From Demequina sp. (GTDB taxonomy: Bacteria; Actinomycetota; Actinomycetes; Actinomycetales; Demequinaceae), in contig NZ_JADQBF010000028.1 of NCBI RefSeq assembly GCF_016278775.1, forward strand, positions 13,579 through 77,578: a stretch of DNA of 64,000 nucleotides, read 5' to 3'. This document shows positions 19,937 through 28,472 of the stretch, one piece after another. The notes under the pieces were generated by a model. It saw only the letters and a list, made by a program, of their open reading frames with translations. It was not told where the DNA came from and made no database searches. The translations under genes and the position numbers were made by a program. Numbering within the stretch: the first letter of the stretch is position 1; each line of letters begins with the position of its first letter.

Positions 19937-20484
19937 TAGCGGGGCCAGTTGGCGGGCAGCAGGGACCTCACGTCGAGCGGAATCTTGTCGGTATCCCACG
20001 GCAAACCGCGGCGGTCAGGCTTCTCGCGGTGGTAGGGCCGCGTGGGAAGGTTGATGAGTTCTGCATCCTCGTCGCCGATGTTCGCGATCAGGTGCCACAC
20101 GCCGATGGGGATGATCGCCTGGCGCACGCCGCGCGGGTGGAGCATCGTGTGCAGCGTGGTGCCACGGGTGGCAGAGCCCGGCCTGTCGTCGTAGAAGCAA
20201 GCCAGTAGCGCTCCGTGGGCGAGGGAGTATCGGTCCACCTTCTCGTCGTGCACGAACCAGCCCTTGATCACTCCCGGGTACACGGACGTCTGGTAGGCCC
20301 ACACCACGGGGTCGGGGAACTTGACCGGGTCGCCGTCATACACCTCGAACACCACGCCCCTGTTGTCGACGTGCTGCACCGGCTTGCGCAGTTCGAGTCC
20401 GTCAATACCGGGGGCTATGAGCTCACCCTCGGCGGTCTCGACTTGCTCGTCTGGGCGCGCGATGTCGCGCAAGTACTCGGCCAT
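19936..20484 (-). CDS. RmlC-like dTDP-sugar 3,5-epimerase family protein
   Basis: HVDNRGVVFE, VYPGVIKGWFVH, IIPIGVWH cupin motifs. Confidence 0.8.
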   Translation of the reverse strand: MAEYLRDIARPDEQVETAEGELIAPGIDGLELRKPVQHVDNRGVVFEVYDGDPVKFPDPVVWAYQTSVYPGVIKGWFVHDEKVDRYSLAHGALLACFYDDRPGSATRGTTLHTMLHPRGVRQAIIPIGVWHLIANIGDEDAELINLPTRPYHREKPDRRGLPWDTDKIPLDVRSLLPANWPR

Positions 20485-20546
20485 GCTTGTCTCCCTCACC
20501 GCTTCCGAGAACGCTAACGGGACCGGGACGTTTTGCCTAGTCCCCG

Positions 20547-21560
20547 TCAGCGAGGCGCCACCAGAGTCACCAACGCCGCCGCGAGCATCCACAGCGCCAG
20601 AACCCCGGTGATGGCGTAGCTGAAGACGAGGCCGATGATCGCCCAGCGGTGGTTGTTCGCCTCGCCACGGCGGTTCGCGCGAAGAGAGGCATGTCCAAGA
20701 ATCACGCCGAGCGGCGCGAGAAAGCACGTCACCGACGCGAGCACCGAGAGCAGTGCGAGGGAGTTCTTGCTGGGTTGTGGCCTCGCCACTATCTGGGCGT
20801 CGGGAAGCGGCGCGGCGGGGCCCGGGGAGGGCACACTTGCTACCTCGCCGAAACCGCCGAAACCGCCGAGGCCGAGGGGCAGCATCTCAGCCACGTCGGC
20901 CAGGAGACCAAGGGTGGCCGGAACGTCGCCGCCAGGCGCCCGATGCACGGGAGACCACGAGTAGATCGCGGACCCGTCAATGGTGACGGGGATCTGGGCG
21001 GAGGGGTCGGTCAGGAGGCGCTGCATCAGCCCGGGGGTCATGATCGAGCGCACGTAGCGTGGATCTTGGCAGATCACCCGCCAGCGCTTGTCAAACTCGT
21101 CAAAGCCCGTGAGAACCTCTTGCGCGAGGTCGAAGTTGCGCTGAAGGTTGCTCCTGGGGTGGAGCTCGATCACCGGCATGGGCCTAGCCAGGGCGAGCAT
21201 CGTCACCTGGAACTTCGCGGAGTACCCGGGAGGGCTCTCGTGAAGGACGAACACCTTGCCGGGGCGCCCGCGCCAGACGCCAGAGATCTCGTGGTCGACC
21301 GCGCCGCTGGCGAGCCCCCCGAGCGGGAATCCCCTGAACTCCTGGACCGCAAGCGGCGTTCCCTTGCGGCGGTACACCCAGCCGAGGCCCGCCCCCACCT
21401 TCTTGATCTTGCGCGCAACGCGGTTGAGCAGCGCAGCGCCGATCACGGTCGCAATGACGATCAGCACCGCGGCGCCGATGCGCACCCACATGTTCACGGT
21501 GAAGCGGTCGATTTCGACTGCGGTGGACGTTACCAGCAGTGTCGAAGACCCAAGAATCAT
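20547..21560 (-). CDS. Membrane protein with C-terminal DUF4190-like hairpin
   Basis: N-terminal TM; C-terminal KNSLALLSVLASV..LGVILGH.SLRANRR..WAIIGLV pattern. Confidence 0.6.
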   Translation of the reverse strand: MILGSSTLLVTSTAVEIDRFTVNMWVRIGAAVLIVIATVIGAALLNRVARKIKKVGAGLGWVYRRKGTPLAVQEFRGFPLGGLASGAVDHEISGVWRGRPGKVFVLHESPPGYSAKFQVTMLALARPMPVIELHPRSNLQRNFDLAQEVLTGFDEFDKRWRVICQDPRYVRSIMTPGLMQRLLTDPSAQIPVTIDGSAIYSWSPVHRAPGGDVPATLGLLADVAEMLPLGLGGFGGFGEVASVPSPGPAAPLPDAQIVARPQPSKNSLALLSVLASVTCFLAPLGVILGHASLRANRRGEANNHRWAIIGLVFSYAITGVLALWMLAAALVTLVAPR

Positions 21561-21695
21561 GGCGCTGTTCCCCCAAGAAGTGCCCGACGCCTCAGCGCGT
21601 CCTGGACCCGCGCCCACGCTAGCACCCTGATCCGCGCGGCCGAGGCCACCCGCGCTGGCGAAGCGTCGGCCCGGGCGCGAGGCCCACTACGCTGG

Positions 21696-21709
21696 TGATC
21701 GCGCTCTCA
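21696..21709. promoter_or_regulatory. LacI-family (CelR/CebR-like) operator candidate
   Basis: TGATCGCGCTCTCA matches 10/14 positions of TGGGAGCGCTCCCA, ~60 bp upstream of the GH94 start. Confidence 0.4.
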
Positions 21710-21769
21710 CATCGGTGAGGGTGCCACGCCTTGAGCATCCATGCCAGCACCACCCGCCCGGAGGATCCG

Positions 21770-24226
21770 ATGCAGTACGGCCACTTTGACGATGCGGCCC
21801 GCGAGTACGTCATCACACGCCCAGACACCCCGCGCTCGTGGTCCAACTACCTGGGCTCTCGCCTGTACGGCGGCATCATCACGCAAGGCGCCGGGGGCTA
21901 TTCCTTCTACAAGTCGGGCGGCACCGGCCGGGTGCTGCGGTTCCGCTTCAACGGCGTCCCGCAGGACGAGCCCGGGCGCTTTGTGTACTTGCGCGACGAC
22001 GCCGACGGTGACTTCTGGTCCGCGTCCTGGCAACCGGTGGGAAAGCCGCTCAAGGGCCGGGATGGGGACGACGCCGACGCTGCGGGCAACCCGACCCAAG
22101 CGTCGTCCGTGCGGCACGGCTTGGGCTATTCGATCTTCCACTCGTCCTACAGAGGCATCGACTCGGAGGCCACGTTCTTCATCCCGCAGGGGCAGGCCTT
22201 CGAGTACTGGTCCGTGAAGGTCACGAACACCACCGCCAAACCGCGCAAGGTGTCGCTGTTCTCCTACGCAGAGCTGTCGAACGAGTGGAACTATCGCCAG
22301 GACCTGGAGAACCTCCAGTACTCGCAATACGTGGTGGTGTGCCGCATGGAAGACGGCATGATTCACCGGACCAACTCGACACGCACGCACACGTCGGAGT
22401 TGTGGTTCGGGATGGCCGGCGCAGATGTCGCTGGCTTCGACACCGACCGCGACGCTTTCCTTGGCTCCTACCGGACGCAGGCGGCGCCGCTCGCCGTGGA
22501 GCGCGGGCACTGCTCCGGCTCAGAGGCGACGGGCGACAACGCCTGCACGTCGCTGCAGGCCACACTCGAGCTTGCGCCCGGCGAGACTCGCCAGGTCATC
22601 TACATGATGGGCGTGGGCGCGCCCGACGCTGCGTGGGCCGACGCCGACGACGTCGCCGTGCGTCCCGGCCGGGAGATCATGGCGGAGTACGGCACGCCGG
22701 AGGCGGTGGAACGCGAGCTGGAGGCCATCCGCGAGGAGTGGCGCTCGTTCCTGGCCCCCCTCCAGGTGGCCACGCCCGACGAGCAGATGAACTCCATGAT
22801 CAACGTGTGGCACGCCTACCAGACCCACATGACGTTCAACTGGTCGCGCGGGGTCTCGCTGATCGAGGCCGGCGACCGCGACGGGCTCGGCTACCGGGAC
22901 ACCGTGCAGGACATGCTGGCCGTGATCCACGCTATCCCCGACGCCGTCCGCGAGCGCCTCGACATGATCCTCACTGGCCAAACCGAGGAGGGCGGCGCCA
23001 TGCCGCTGGTTAAGCCGCTGACGCATCGGCCGGGGTCTGAGAAGACGCCGACGCTGGAGCAGTATCGCTCCGACGACCCGCTGTGGCTTCCCATCACCGT
23101 GGCCAACTTTGTGTACGAGACGGGCGACGTCGCGTACCTCGACACCGTGCTGCCGTATGCGGATCACGGCGAGGCGACCGTGTTCGAGCACCTCAAGCAG
23201 GCCATCCAGTTCTCGCTGGGCCACCTGGGCAACAACGGGCTGGTGCAGGGGCTGCAGGCCGACTGGAACGACTGCCTGCAGTTCGGCACCACGGGAGAGT
23301 CCATGTTCTCGACCTTCCTCATGGCCAACGGCGTGCGCATCATTGCGGAGCTCGCGGAGCAGACGGGTCGCGAAGACGACGCGGCGTGGGCGCGTGGCGT
23401 GCTGGAGGACCTCGAAGTGGTGCTGGAGAACGCGTGGGACGGCGGCTGGTACATCCGCGGCATCTCCTCCACGGGGGCCAAGCTGGGCTCGGAGGCGCTT
23501 GACGAGGGCAAGATCTACTTGGAGCCGAACGTGTGGGCCGCGATCTCGCAGACGGTGCCGGAGGCGCGAGCGATTGGCGCGATGGACTCCGTGTACGAGC
23601 GTCTGTCCACCGAGCACGGCGTCGCGCTGTGCGCCCCCGCCCACACCAAGGAGGTGCCGGGCGTCGGGCTGTCGCTCCTGGTGTTCCCGGTGGGACACAA
23701 GGAGAACGGCGGCATCTTCTGCCACGCGAACTCGTGGACCATCGTGGCGGAGGGCATCCTTGGCCGCGGCGACCGCGCCTACGAGTACTACCGAGGCTTC
23801 CTGCCCGCCAAGTACAACGACCAGGCAGAACTTCACCAGGTCGAGCCGTACGTGTACTGCCAGTTCACGCACGGGCCGGAGTCGCCTCGGTTTGGGCAGG
23901 CCCGCAACCCTTGGCTGACCGGCACCGCATCGTGGTCCTACGTGGGCGTCACCCAGTACATCTTGGGTGTGCGGCCGGAACTGTCGGGCCTGCGGATTGA
24001 CCCGTGCCTGCCGGAGGGCTGGGGCGGGTATCAGGTGACGCGGCGCTTCCGAGGGATGGATCTGACGATCAACGTGGTCAACGTCGACGGCCTGGCGACC
24101 GGCGTCTCCTCCGTCACGATCGACGGGGTGGAGGTCGCGTCCACGGAAGACGAGGGCAAACGAGGGGCGCTGGTGCCTGTTGAGGCGCTGGGCGATGGGG
24201 CCGTGCTGACCGTCACGATGGGGTAG
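21770..24226 (+). CDS. GH94 glycoside phosphorylase (cellobiose/cellodextrin/chitobiose phosphorylase family)
   Basis: MQYGHFDD..REYVITRPDTP..WSNYLG, GLGYRDTVQD, ADWNDCL, KENGGIFCHAN, WLTGTASW; GGAGG RBS. Confidence 0.93.
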   Translation: MQYGHFDDAAREYVITRPDTPRSWSNYLGSRLYGGIITQGAGGYSFYKSGGTGRVLRFRFNGVPQDEPGRFVYLRDDADGDFWSASWQPVGKPLKGRDGDDADAAGNPTQASSVRHGLGYSIFHSSYRGIDSEATFFIPQGQAFEYWSVKVTNTTAKPRKVSLFSYAELSNEWNYRQDLENLQYSQYVVVCRMEDGMIHRTNSTRTHTSELWFGMAGADVAGFDTDRDAFLGSYRTQAAPLAVERGHCSGSEATGDNACTSLQATLELAPGETRQVIYMMGVGAPDAAWADADDVAVRPGREIMAEYGTPEAVERELEAIREEWRSFLAPLQVATPDEQMNSMINVWHAYQTHMTFNWSRGVSLIEAGDRDGLGYRDTVQDMLAVIHAIPDAVRERLDMILTGQTEEGGAMPLVKPLTHRPGSEKTPTLEQYRSDDPLWLPITVANFVYETGDVAYLDTVLPYADHGEATVFEHLKQAIQFSLGHLGNNGLVQGLQADWNDCLQFGTTGESMFSTFLMANGVRIIAELAEQTGREDDAAWARGVLEDLEVVLENAWDGGWYIRGISSTGAKLGSEALDEGKIYLEPNVWAAISQTVPEARAIGAMDSVYERLSTEHGVALCAPAHTKEVPGVGLSLLVFPVGHKENGGIFCHANSWTIVAEGILGRGDRAYEYYRGFLPAKYNDQAELHQVEPYVYCQFTHGPESPRFGQARNPWLTGTASWSYVGVTQYILGVRPELSGLRIDPCLPEGWGGYQVTRRFRGMDLTINVVNVDGLATGVSSVTIDGVEVASTEDEGKRGALVPVEALGDGAVLTVTMG

Positions 24227-24256
24227 GCCGCCGGACCCAAGACCGCCTCACCGCCA

Positions 24257-24622
24257 CTACCGGTGGGTGATGCGCCAGTAGTTGCCGTCCGGATCGTACA
24301 GGCGGAAGTCGGTGAGGCCCCAGGGCCGGGTGATCAGGTCGTCGGCCAACTCGCCGCCTGCGGCGACCACGCGGTCGCGCTCTGCCGTCACATCGTCGAC
24401 CTCGAGCACAATCTCGACGGCCACCGGCGGGACCGTTGGCCCGCTGTCAGCGGGACGGCGTTCCATCAGCCCCAAACCCACGTCGTCGCGACGCAACCAG
24501 ACGTAGCGCCCTCCACCAGGGCGGTCATCCTTGCCGACCTCGAAACCGAGCACGGAGATGTAGAAGTCGACGGACACTTCAAGGTCGGCGGGAAACAGTT
24601 CGATGCGCAGTGAAGCAGTCAC
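24257..24622 (-). CDS. VOC/glyoxalase family protein
   Basis: SVDFYISVLGF and RPWGLTDFRLYDPDGNYWRI motifs; start uncertain. Confidence 0.85.
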   Translation of the reverse strand: MTASLRIELFPADLEVSVDFYISVLGFEVGKDDRPGGGRYVWLRRDDVGLGLMERRPADSGPTVPPVAVEIVLEVDDVTAERDRVVAAGGELADDLITRPWGLTDFRLYDPDGNYWRITHR

Positions 24623-24700
24623 GCTGAACACAATACCGAGGGCTCGATCAACGGGTTCTTTGACCCAACGATGCACTCTCAGCCGCACCACAGGGCGGCA

Positions 24701-24741
24701 TTCTCCAAATCCAAGCGCCACTTGGAGAAGATTGGGAGAAT
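24701..24741. repeat. Downstream copy of the fic-flanking element
   Basis: TTCTCCAAATCCAAGCGCCACTTGGAGAAGATTGGGAGAAT, 2 bp after the fic stop. Confidence 0.85.
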
Positions 24742-24743
24742 CG

Positions 24744-26072
24744 CTAGATCCGTTCGGCAAGATCGGGGACCGGGCGCCACGCGAACTGCTTGCCGATCTT
24801 GAAGCGCTCAAGGAGCCCGCGGGCTTCAAGAGCCAGCAGGTCGTGCCTCGCCGTCTCGATCGTCACACGGTGGCTGCCGCCATGGGACTTCGCGGTGTAG
24901 TGCGCGGATGGGTGCCGCGCCGCATGCTCAAGGAGCGCCAATTGGCGATGGTTGAACTCTCCCGGTAGCCCCTTCAGCCTCGACTGCACCTCCCGGATCT
25001 CCATCGCCTTGACCGTGAGGTACTCGTGAAGCTCCTTGATCGCGCGGCGGATTACGCCAAGGTGATACGCATAGAAATGGGTGAGGTCTCCGTCGTCGTC
25101 CTCGGTCATGAGGAATGACTGCGCGTATTGCGAAGGCGCCTTGCGCAGAATCCGCGAGATCGAGAGGTACTCCGTGAGCCAGTAACCCTCGCGCAGCATC
25201 GACCAGTAGAAGAGTGCGCGCGCCGTGCGCCCGTTACCGTCCTCGAAGTAGTGGTCGTAGCCCATCATGAAGTGGATCGTGACCGCACGGAGCACCTTGG
25301 GCATGTAGGGCGCGTCATCCTGGCCGTTGGCGAAGGCGCACAGTGCCTCAAGCCGCTGAGGCAGTTCCGCGACAGGCGGCGGACGATGCAGCAACTGGTT
25401 GCCGTCTCCCCACACCGAGACGCGAAGGCGCTCGTCGTCCTGCAGACGTCCCGCGTATTCCGGGTGCTCCAGCGTGCCGTCCGTCACGATGCGGTGGAGT
25501 TCCAGCACCATGTCCGGCGTGAGCGGACGTTGGGACAGTTCCCGAATGCGCTGCATCGCGAAGTAGTTGTTGAGGATCATGCGCTCGCTGTGATCTCGCG
25601 GCGCGCGACCCTCACGGATCATCTCCTTGGCATCCCGCCGCGACGTCGCGGCCCCTTCGAGTTGGCTCGACGTGATCGCCTCCTCGATGAGCGAGTTCAC
25701 CACGTAGCGATCGCGGGTGTCAGGGTCGGTCACGAGCTCGCTCGCTTGAATCTGCCCCGACGCCTCGCGGGAGATCGCCTCGCACGTCTCAAGTACGGCA
25801 TCTGGAAGGTTGAACGTGAAAGGCGTTCCTGCCTTGTCGGTCAGTCCGGGAATGCGACGGGCCGACGCGCGTCGCGACGTCCTCACCACATGCCACCATT
25901 CTTCGGCGGTGAAGCCTTCGGGAGGCGTCTGGAATCGGAAGGTCTCCCACGCCCGGTACTCGGAGTGCGACGCGGCGATCCACGGGCCGATGCCGGCCAC
26001 GAAGGCGCGCTCCAGCCACTTCCCCAGATGGTCGGGGGCGTCGAGCTGGGGTGGCGCGAGGGGCGTCTTCAC
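24744..26072 (-). CDS. Fic family protein with C-terminal winged HTH
   Basis: Fic motif HYFEDGNGRTAR, ITSSQLEGA helix, C-terminal NHRQLALL..TIETARHDLLALEARGLL. Confidence 0.9.
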   Translation of the reverse strand: MKTPLAPPQLDAPDHLGKWLERAFVAGIGPWIAASHSEYRAWETFRFQTPPEGFTAEEWWHVVRTSRRASARRIPGLTDKAGTPFTFNLPDAVLETCEAISREASGQIQASELVTDPDTRDRYVVNSLIEEAITSSQLEGAATSRRDAKEMIREGRAPRDHSERMILNNYFAMQRIRELSQRPLTPDMVLELHRIVTDGTLEHPEYAGRLQDDERLRVSVWGDGNQLLHRPPPVAELPQRLEALCAFANGQDDAPYMPKVLRAVTIHFMMGYDHYFEDGNGRTARALFYWSMLREGYWLTEYLSISRILRKAPSQYAQSFLMTEDDDGDLTHFYAYHLGVIRRAIKELHEYLTVKAMEIREVQSRLKGLPGEFNHRQLALLEHAARHPSAHYTAKSHGGSHRVTIETARHDLLALEARGLLERFKIGKQFAWRPVPDLAERI

Positions 26073-26075
26073 AGT

Positions 26076-26122
26076 TTCTCCAAATCCAACTACCACTTGT
26101 AGTTCGAGAATACTTGGAGAAT
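26076..26122. repeat. Upstream copy of the fic-flanking element (overlaps promoter and RBS)
   Basis: TTCTCCAAATCCAACTACCACTTGTAGTTCGAGAATACTTGGAGAAT. Confidence 0.85.
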
Positions 26123-26135
26123 GACCCGCTTGCAA
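26107..26135 (-). promoter_or_regulatory. Putative fic promoter
   Basis: Minus strand TTGCAA-N17-TATTCT. Confidence 0.6.
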
Positions 26136-26150
26136 GAGTTCGCCTGGGGG

Positions 26151-26774
26151 CTAATTCCGCACAGCCCCCGGCTGCCGCAGGATGGTTCGCAATTTCTCGG
26201 GGGCCGTGCGCCGAAAGTCGCTGAGGTAGATCTCGTGGTGCTTGCCCGCGAGCGCCAGCCCGGCGCCTTCCAGAACCGCGTGCAGCTCCTCAATCACCGG
26301 GCCCTCCTCACTGAACGGACCCACGTGCAGCGTCTGCGCGCATCGGCCCTCCTCCAGCACCTCGACCCGCACGCGCGCGAGGTCCTCGGCGGGCACCTTT
26401 GCAACGACCGCCTCCCGCGCGGCCTCCACGTCGACGTCCGTGATCCACTCCGGGAGCAGCATGAGCGCGGTCGAGCGCCACGCGGACTTGTCGCCCGACG
26501 TGAACGCGGCCGGGTCGTCGGCCCACCACAGCGCCTCCAGCGGCGGCACCACATAGTCGCGACCCTGCTCCTTCTTGGAGGCGAACTTGAGCCCGTAGGC
26601 CAGCGGGAACAGCGCGCCCAGCGCCCCGGCGAACGACTCCCCCTCGGGGGTGCCCTCCGCATCGGCCGCCACGTAGCGCGTCGGCGGTACGTCGATGATG
26701 TCGAAGCGACCCCGACGCGCCGCGTAGCTGGGGACGATCTTCCTGAGGTCGATCCTCTCGACAGCGGCCTTCAC
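26151..26774 (-). CDS. GyrI-like small-molecule binding domain protein
   Basis: YGLKFASK, YVVPPLEALWW, CAQTLHVGPFSEE, HHEIYLSDFRR..KLRTILRQP. Confidence 0.88.
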   Translation of the reverse strand: MKAAVERIDLRKIVPSYAARRGRFDIIDVPPTRYVAADAEGTPEGESFAGALGALFPLAYGLKFASKKEQGRDYVVPPLEALWWADDPAAFTSGDKSAWRSTALMLLPEWITDVDVEAAREAVVAKVPAEDLARVRVEVLEEGRCAQTLHVGPFSEEGPVIEELHAVLEGAGLALAGKHHEIYLSDFRRTAPEKLRTILRQPGAVRN

Positions 26775-26784
26775 GACAGTCGCC

Positions 26785-27591
26785 CTACTTCCAGGCCAGC
26801 GGGAACTGCACCTCGGTGAGCAGCTCCTCAGGCGCGGTCTCGTTGGGGTCGTTGAGGTACATCTCGCGCGGCGGGCCCACCGGCTCACGGCCCTGCTCCG
26901 CGAGCCACGCCCCGAGTGCCTCGTAGGCGGGCCCGATCTCCATGTACGGACCGCGGTGCAGCGTGGAGACCACCTCGGCGGCGGGGATGTCGGCGGCCAC
27001 ACCGTCGGCCGCGCCCGGAGCGACCGGGATGCAGGCCTCGATTTCGCCTTCTGTTTGGTCGTCGATGACGTCGTGGTACACCAGGAACGGAACCCCGGCC
27101 GGGATGGCGCGCGCTGCGCCGATGGCGCCCATCGCGCCGCCGAAGGCCTCGCCCACCGCCTGCCCGATGTTCGCGAGCGACGTATGGACGCGGTGTCCCA
27201 CCACGCGCTGGGCCTCGATGGTCCTAATGGTGATGTCGTACGGCATGGCAATGTCCTCTCGGTTGATGAGCCTCTCGAGGAACCGCAGCATCCGTTCTTG
27301 CTCGTCCAACCTCCCGGCCAGTAGCGCCCGATGCTCCGCGAGCGCCGCGCGCACAGCATCGGGACTGTCCAGGTCGAGCACCTGACGCACCCGCGCCAGC
27401 GGCATGTCCACCATGCGCAGCACCCGGATCGCCTCGGCCCGCCTGATCTGATCCGGCCGGTAGTGGCGATAGCCCGACGCGGGATCCACCCGCGCGGGCA
27501 CCAACAGCCCCTCTGCGTCGTACAGGCGCAGGGCCTTCACGGACAGGCGGCTGGCCCTCGAGAAGCGGCCGATCGGCATGAGCGAATCCAC
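26785..27591 (-). CDS. MerR family regulator with GyrI-like effector-binding domain
   Basis: IGRFSRASRLSVKALRLYDAEGLL..SGYRHY HTH; HRGPYMEIGPAY and PREMYL in the C-terminal domain; GGAGG RBS before GTG 27591. Confidence 0.92.
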   Translation of the reverse strand: MDSLMPIGRFSRASRLSVKALRLYDAEGLLVPARVDPASGYRHYRPDQIRRAEAIRVLRMVDMPLARVRQVLDLDSPDAVRAALAEHRALLAGRLDEQERMLRFLERLINREDIAMPYDITIRTIEAQRVVGHRVHTSLANIGQAVGEAFGGAMGAIGAARAIPAGVPFLVYHDVIDDQTEGEIEACIPVAPGAADGVAADIPAAEVVSTLHRGPYMEIGPAYEALGAWLAEQGREPVGPPREMYLNDPNETAPEELLTEVQFPLAWK

Positions 27592-27611
27592 GGTTTCCTC
27601 CTTGCACTGCC

Positions 27612-27642
27612 AGGCAACAGTGTCCCGCAAGGGGAGAGTCAA
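27612..27642 (-). promoter_or_regulatory. MerR-type promoter with 19-bp spacer and dyad operator
   Basis: Minus strand TTGACT-N19-TTGCCT, spacer contains TCCC-N5-GGGA (27623-27635). Confidence 0.65.
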
Positions 27643-27655
27643 GTGCGGCGCGGAG

Positions 27656-27672
27656 CCAGACCCGGGGTCTGG
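27656..27672. repeat. Perfect 17-bp intergenic palindrome
   Basis: CCAGACCC-G-GGGTCTGG. Confidence 0.7.
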
Positions 27673-27812
27673 ACATGTTCCAGGGACTTGGCTACGTTTG
27701 CGAGCGAGCATCCGGCCCCGTGGCCCGTGCCTCTACCCGCACAGGTCCCCCGTGTTGCGCGCAACCAGGCGACGCCGCGGTGGGCCCGCGCTGACCGCAC
27801 TAAAATCGCTCT

Positions 27813-28376
27813 ATGTCCCCCCAACCGCTCGACCAGCTTCGCCAATGGCTCGACCACGCCAGCGAGACCGATCTGCGATTACCACACTCAGCGGTGTTGT
27901 CCACCACGGGGCTCGATGGCTATCCGAATGCGCGCACGGTCGCGGTGAAGGACGTCGACGCCGACGGCATCGTCATCTCGGGACCATTGGGGTCGCGCAA
28001 AGGCCGTGAAATCGCCGCCGATGCTCGATGCGCGTTGACGATGTGGTGGGACGCCCTCGGCAGGCAAGTCCGGGTCCAGGGTGTCGCCTCATTGCTGGAA
28101 CGAGAACGCGCGCGGGCAATCTTCGAGGCTCGGTCGCGCGAGGCCCGCATCGTGGCGAGCGTGAGCCACCAAGGCGAGCCAGCCGTGCGCGGCGCGCTGG
28201 AAGCGGCCTACGCGGCCTCGCGCGACACCGATCCCACCATGCCGGACTCGTGGGGAGGCTGGATCATCTCGCCTCAGCGCATCGAGTTCATGGAGTTCTC
28301 CGATGCGCGGTTCCACGCTCGCACGCTCTATGAGTTGGTCAGCGGCACATGGACCCAGGTCGAGCTCCAGCCGTGA
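27813..28376 (+). CDS. pdxH: Pyridoxamine 5'-phosphate oxidase family protein
   Basis: LSTTGLDGYPNARTVAVK, SRKGRE, RQVRVQG, WGGWIISPQRIEF, RFHAR. Confidence 0.8.
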   Translation: MSPQPLDQLRQWLDHASETDLRLPHSAVLSTTGLDGYPNARTVAVKDVDADGIVISGPLGSRKGREIAADARCALTMWWDALGRQVRVQGVASLLERERARAIFEARSREARIVASVSHQGEPAVRGALEAAYAASRDTDPTMPDSWGGWIISPQRIEFMEFSDARFHARTLYELVSGTWTQVELQP

Positions 28377-28472
28377 GGCTGGCGTCATGTCCGTACGACC
28401 GCGCCGCCTCTGTCATGTGCGCGAAGCCTGGCTGCCCGGCGCGCTGGCGCCCGTCGAGGACGTGCGTGGCTC

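Noticed and set aside
26151-27359. 402-aa ORF-track call for the GyrI-like gene
   Set aside because: The N-terminal half overlaps the merR gene in another frame; the real start is near 26774.
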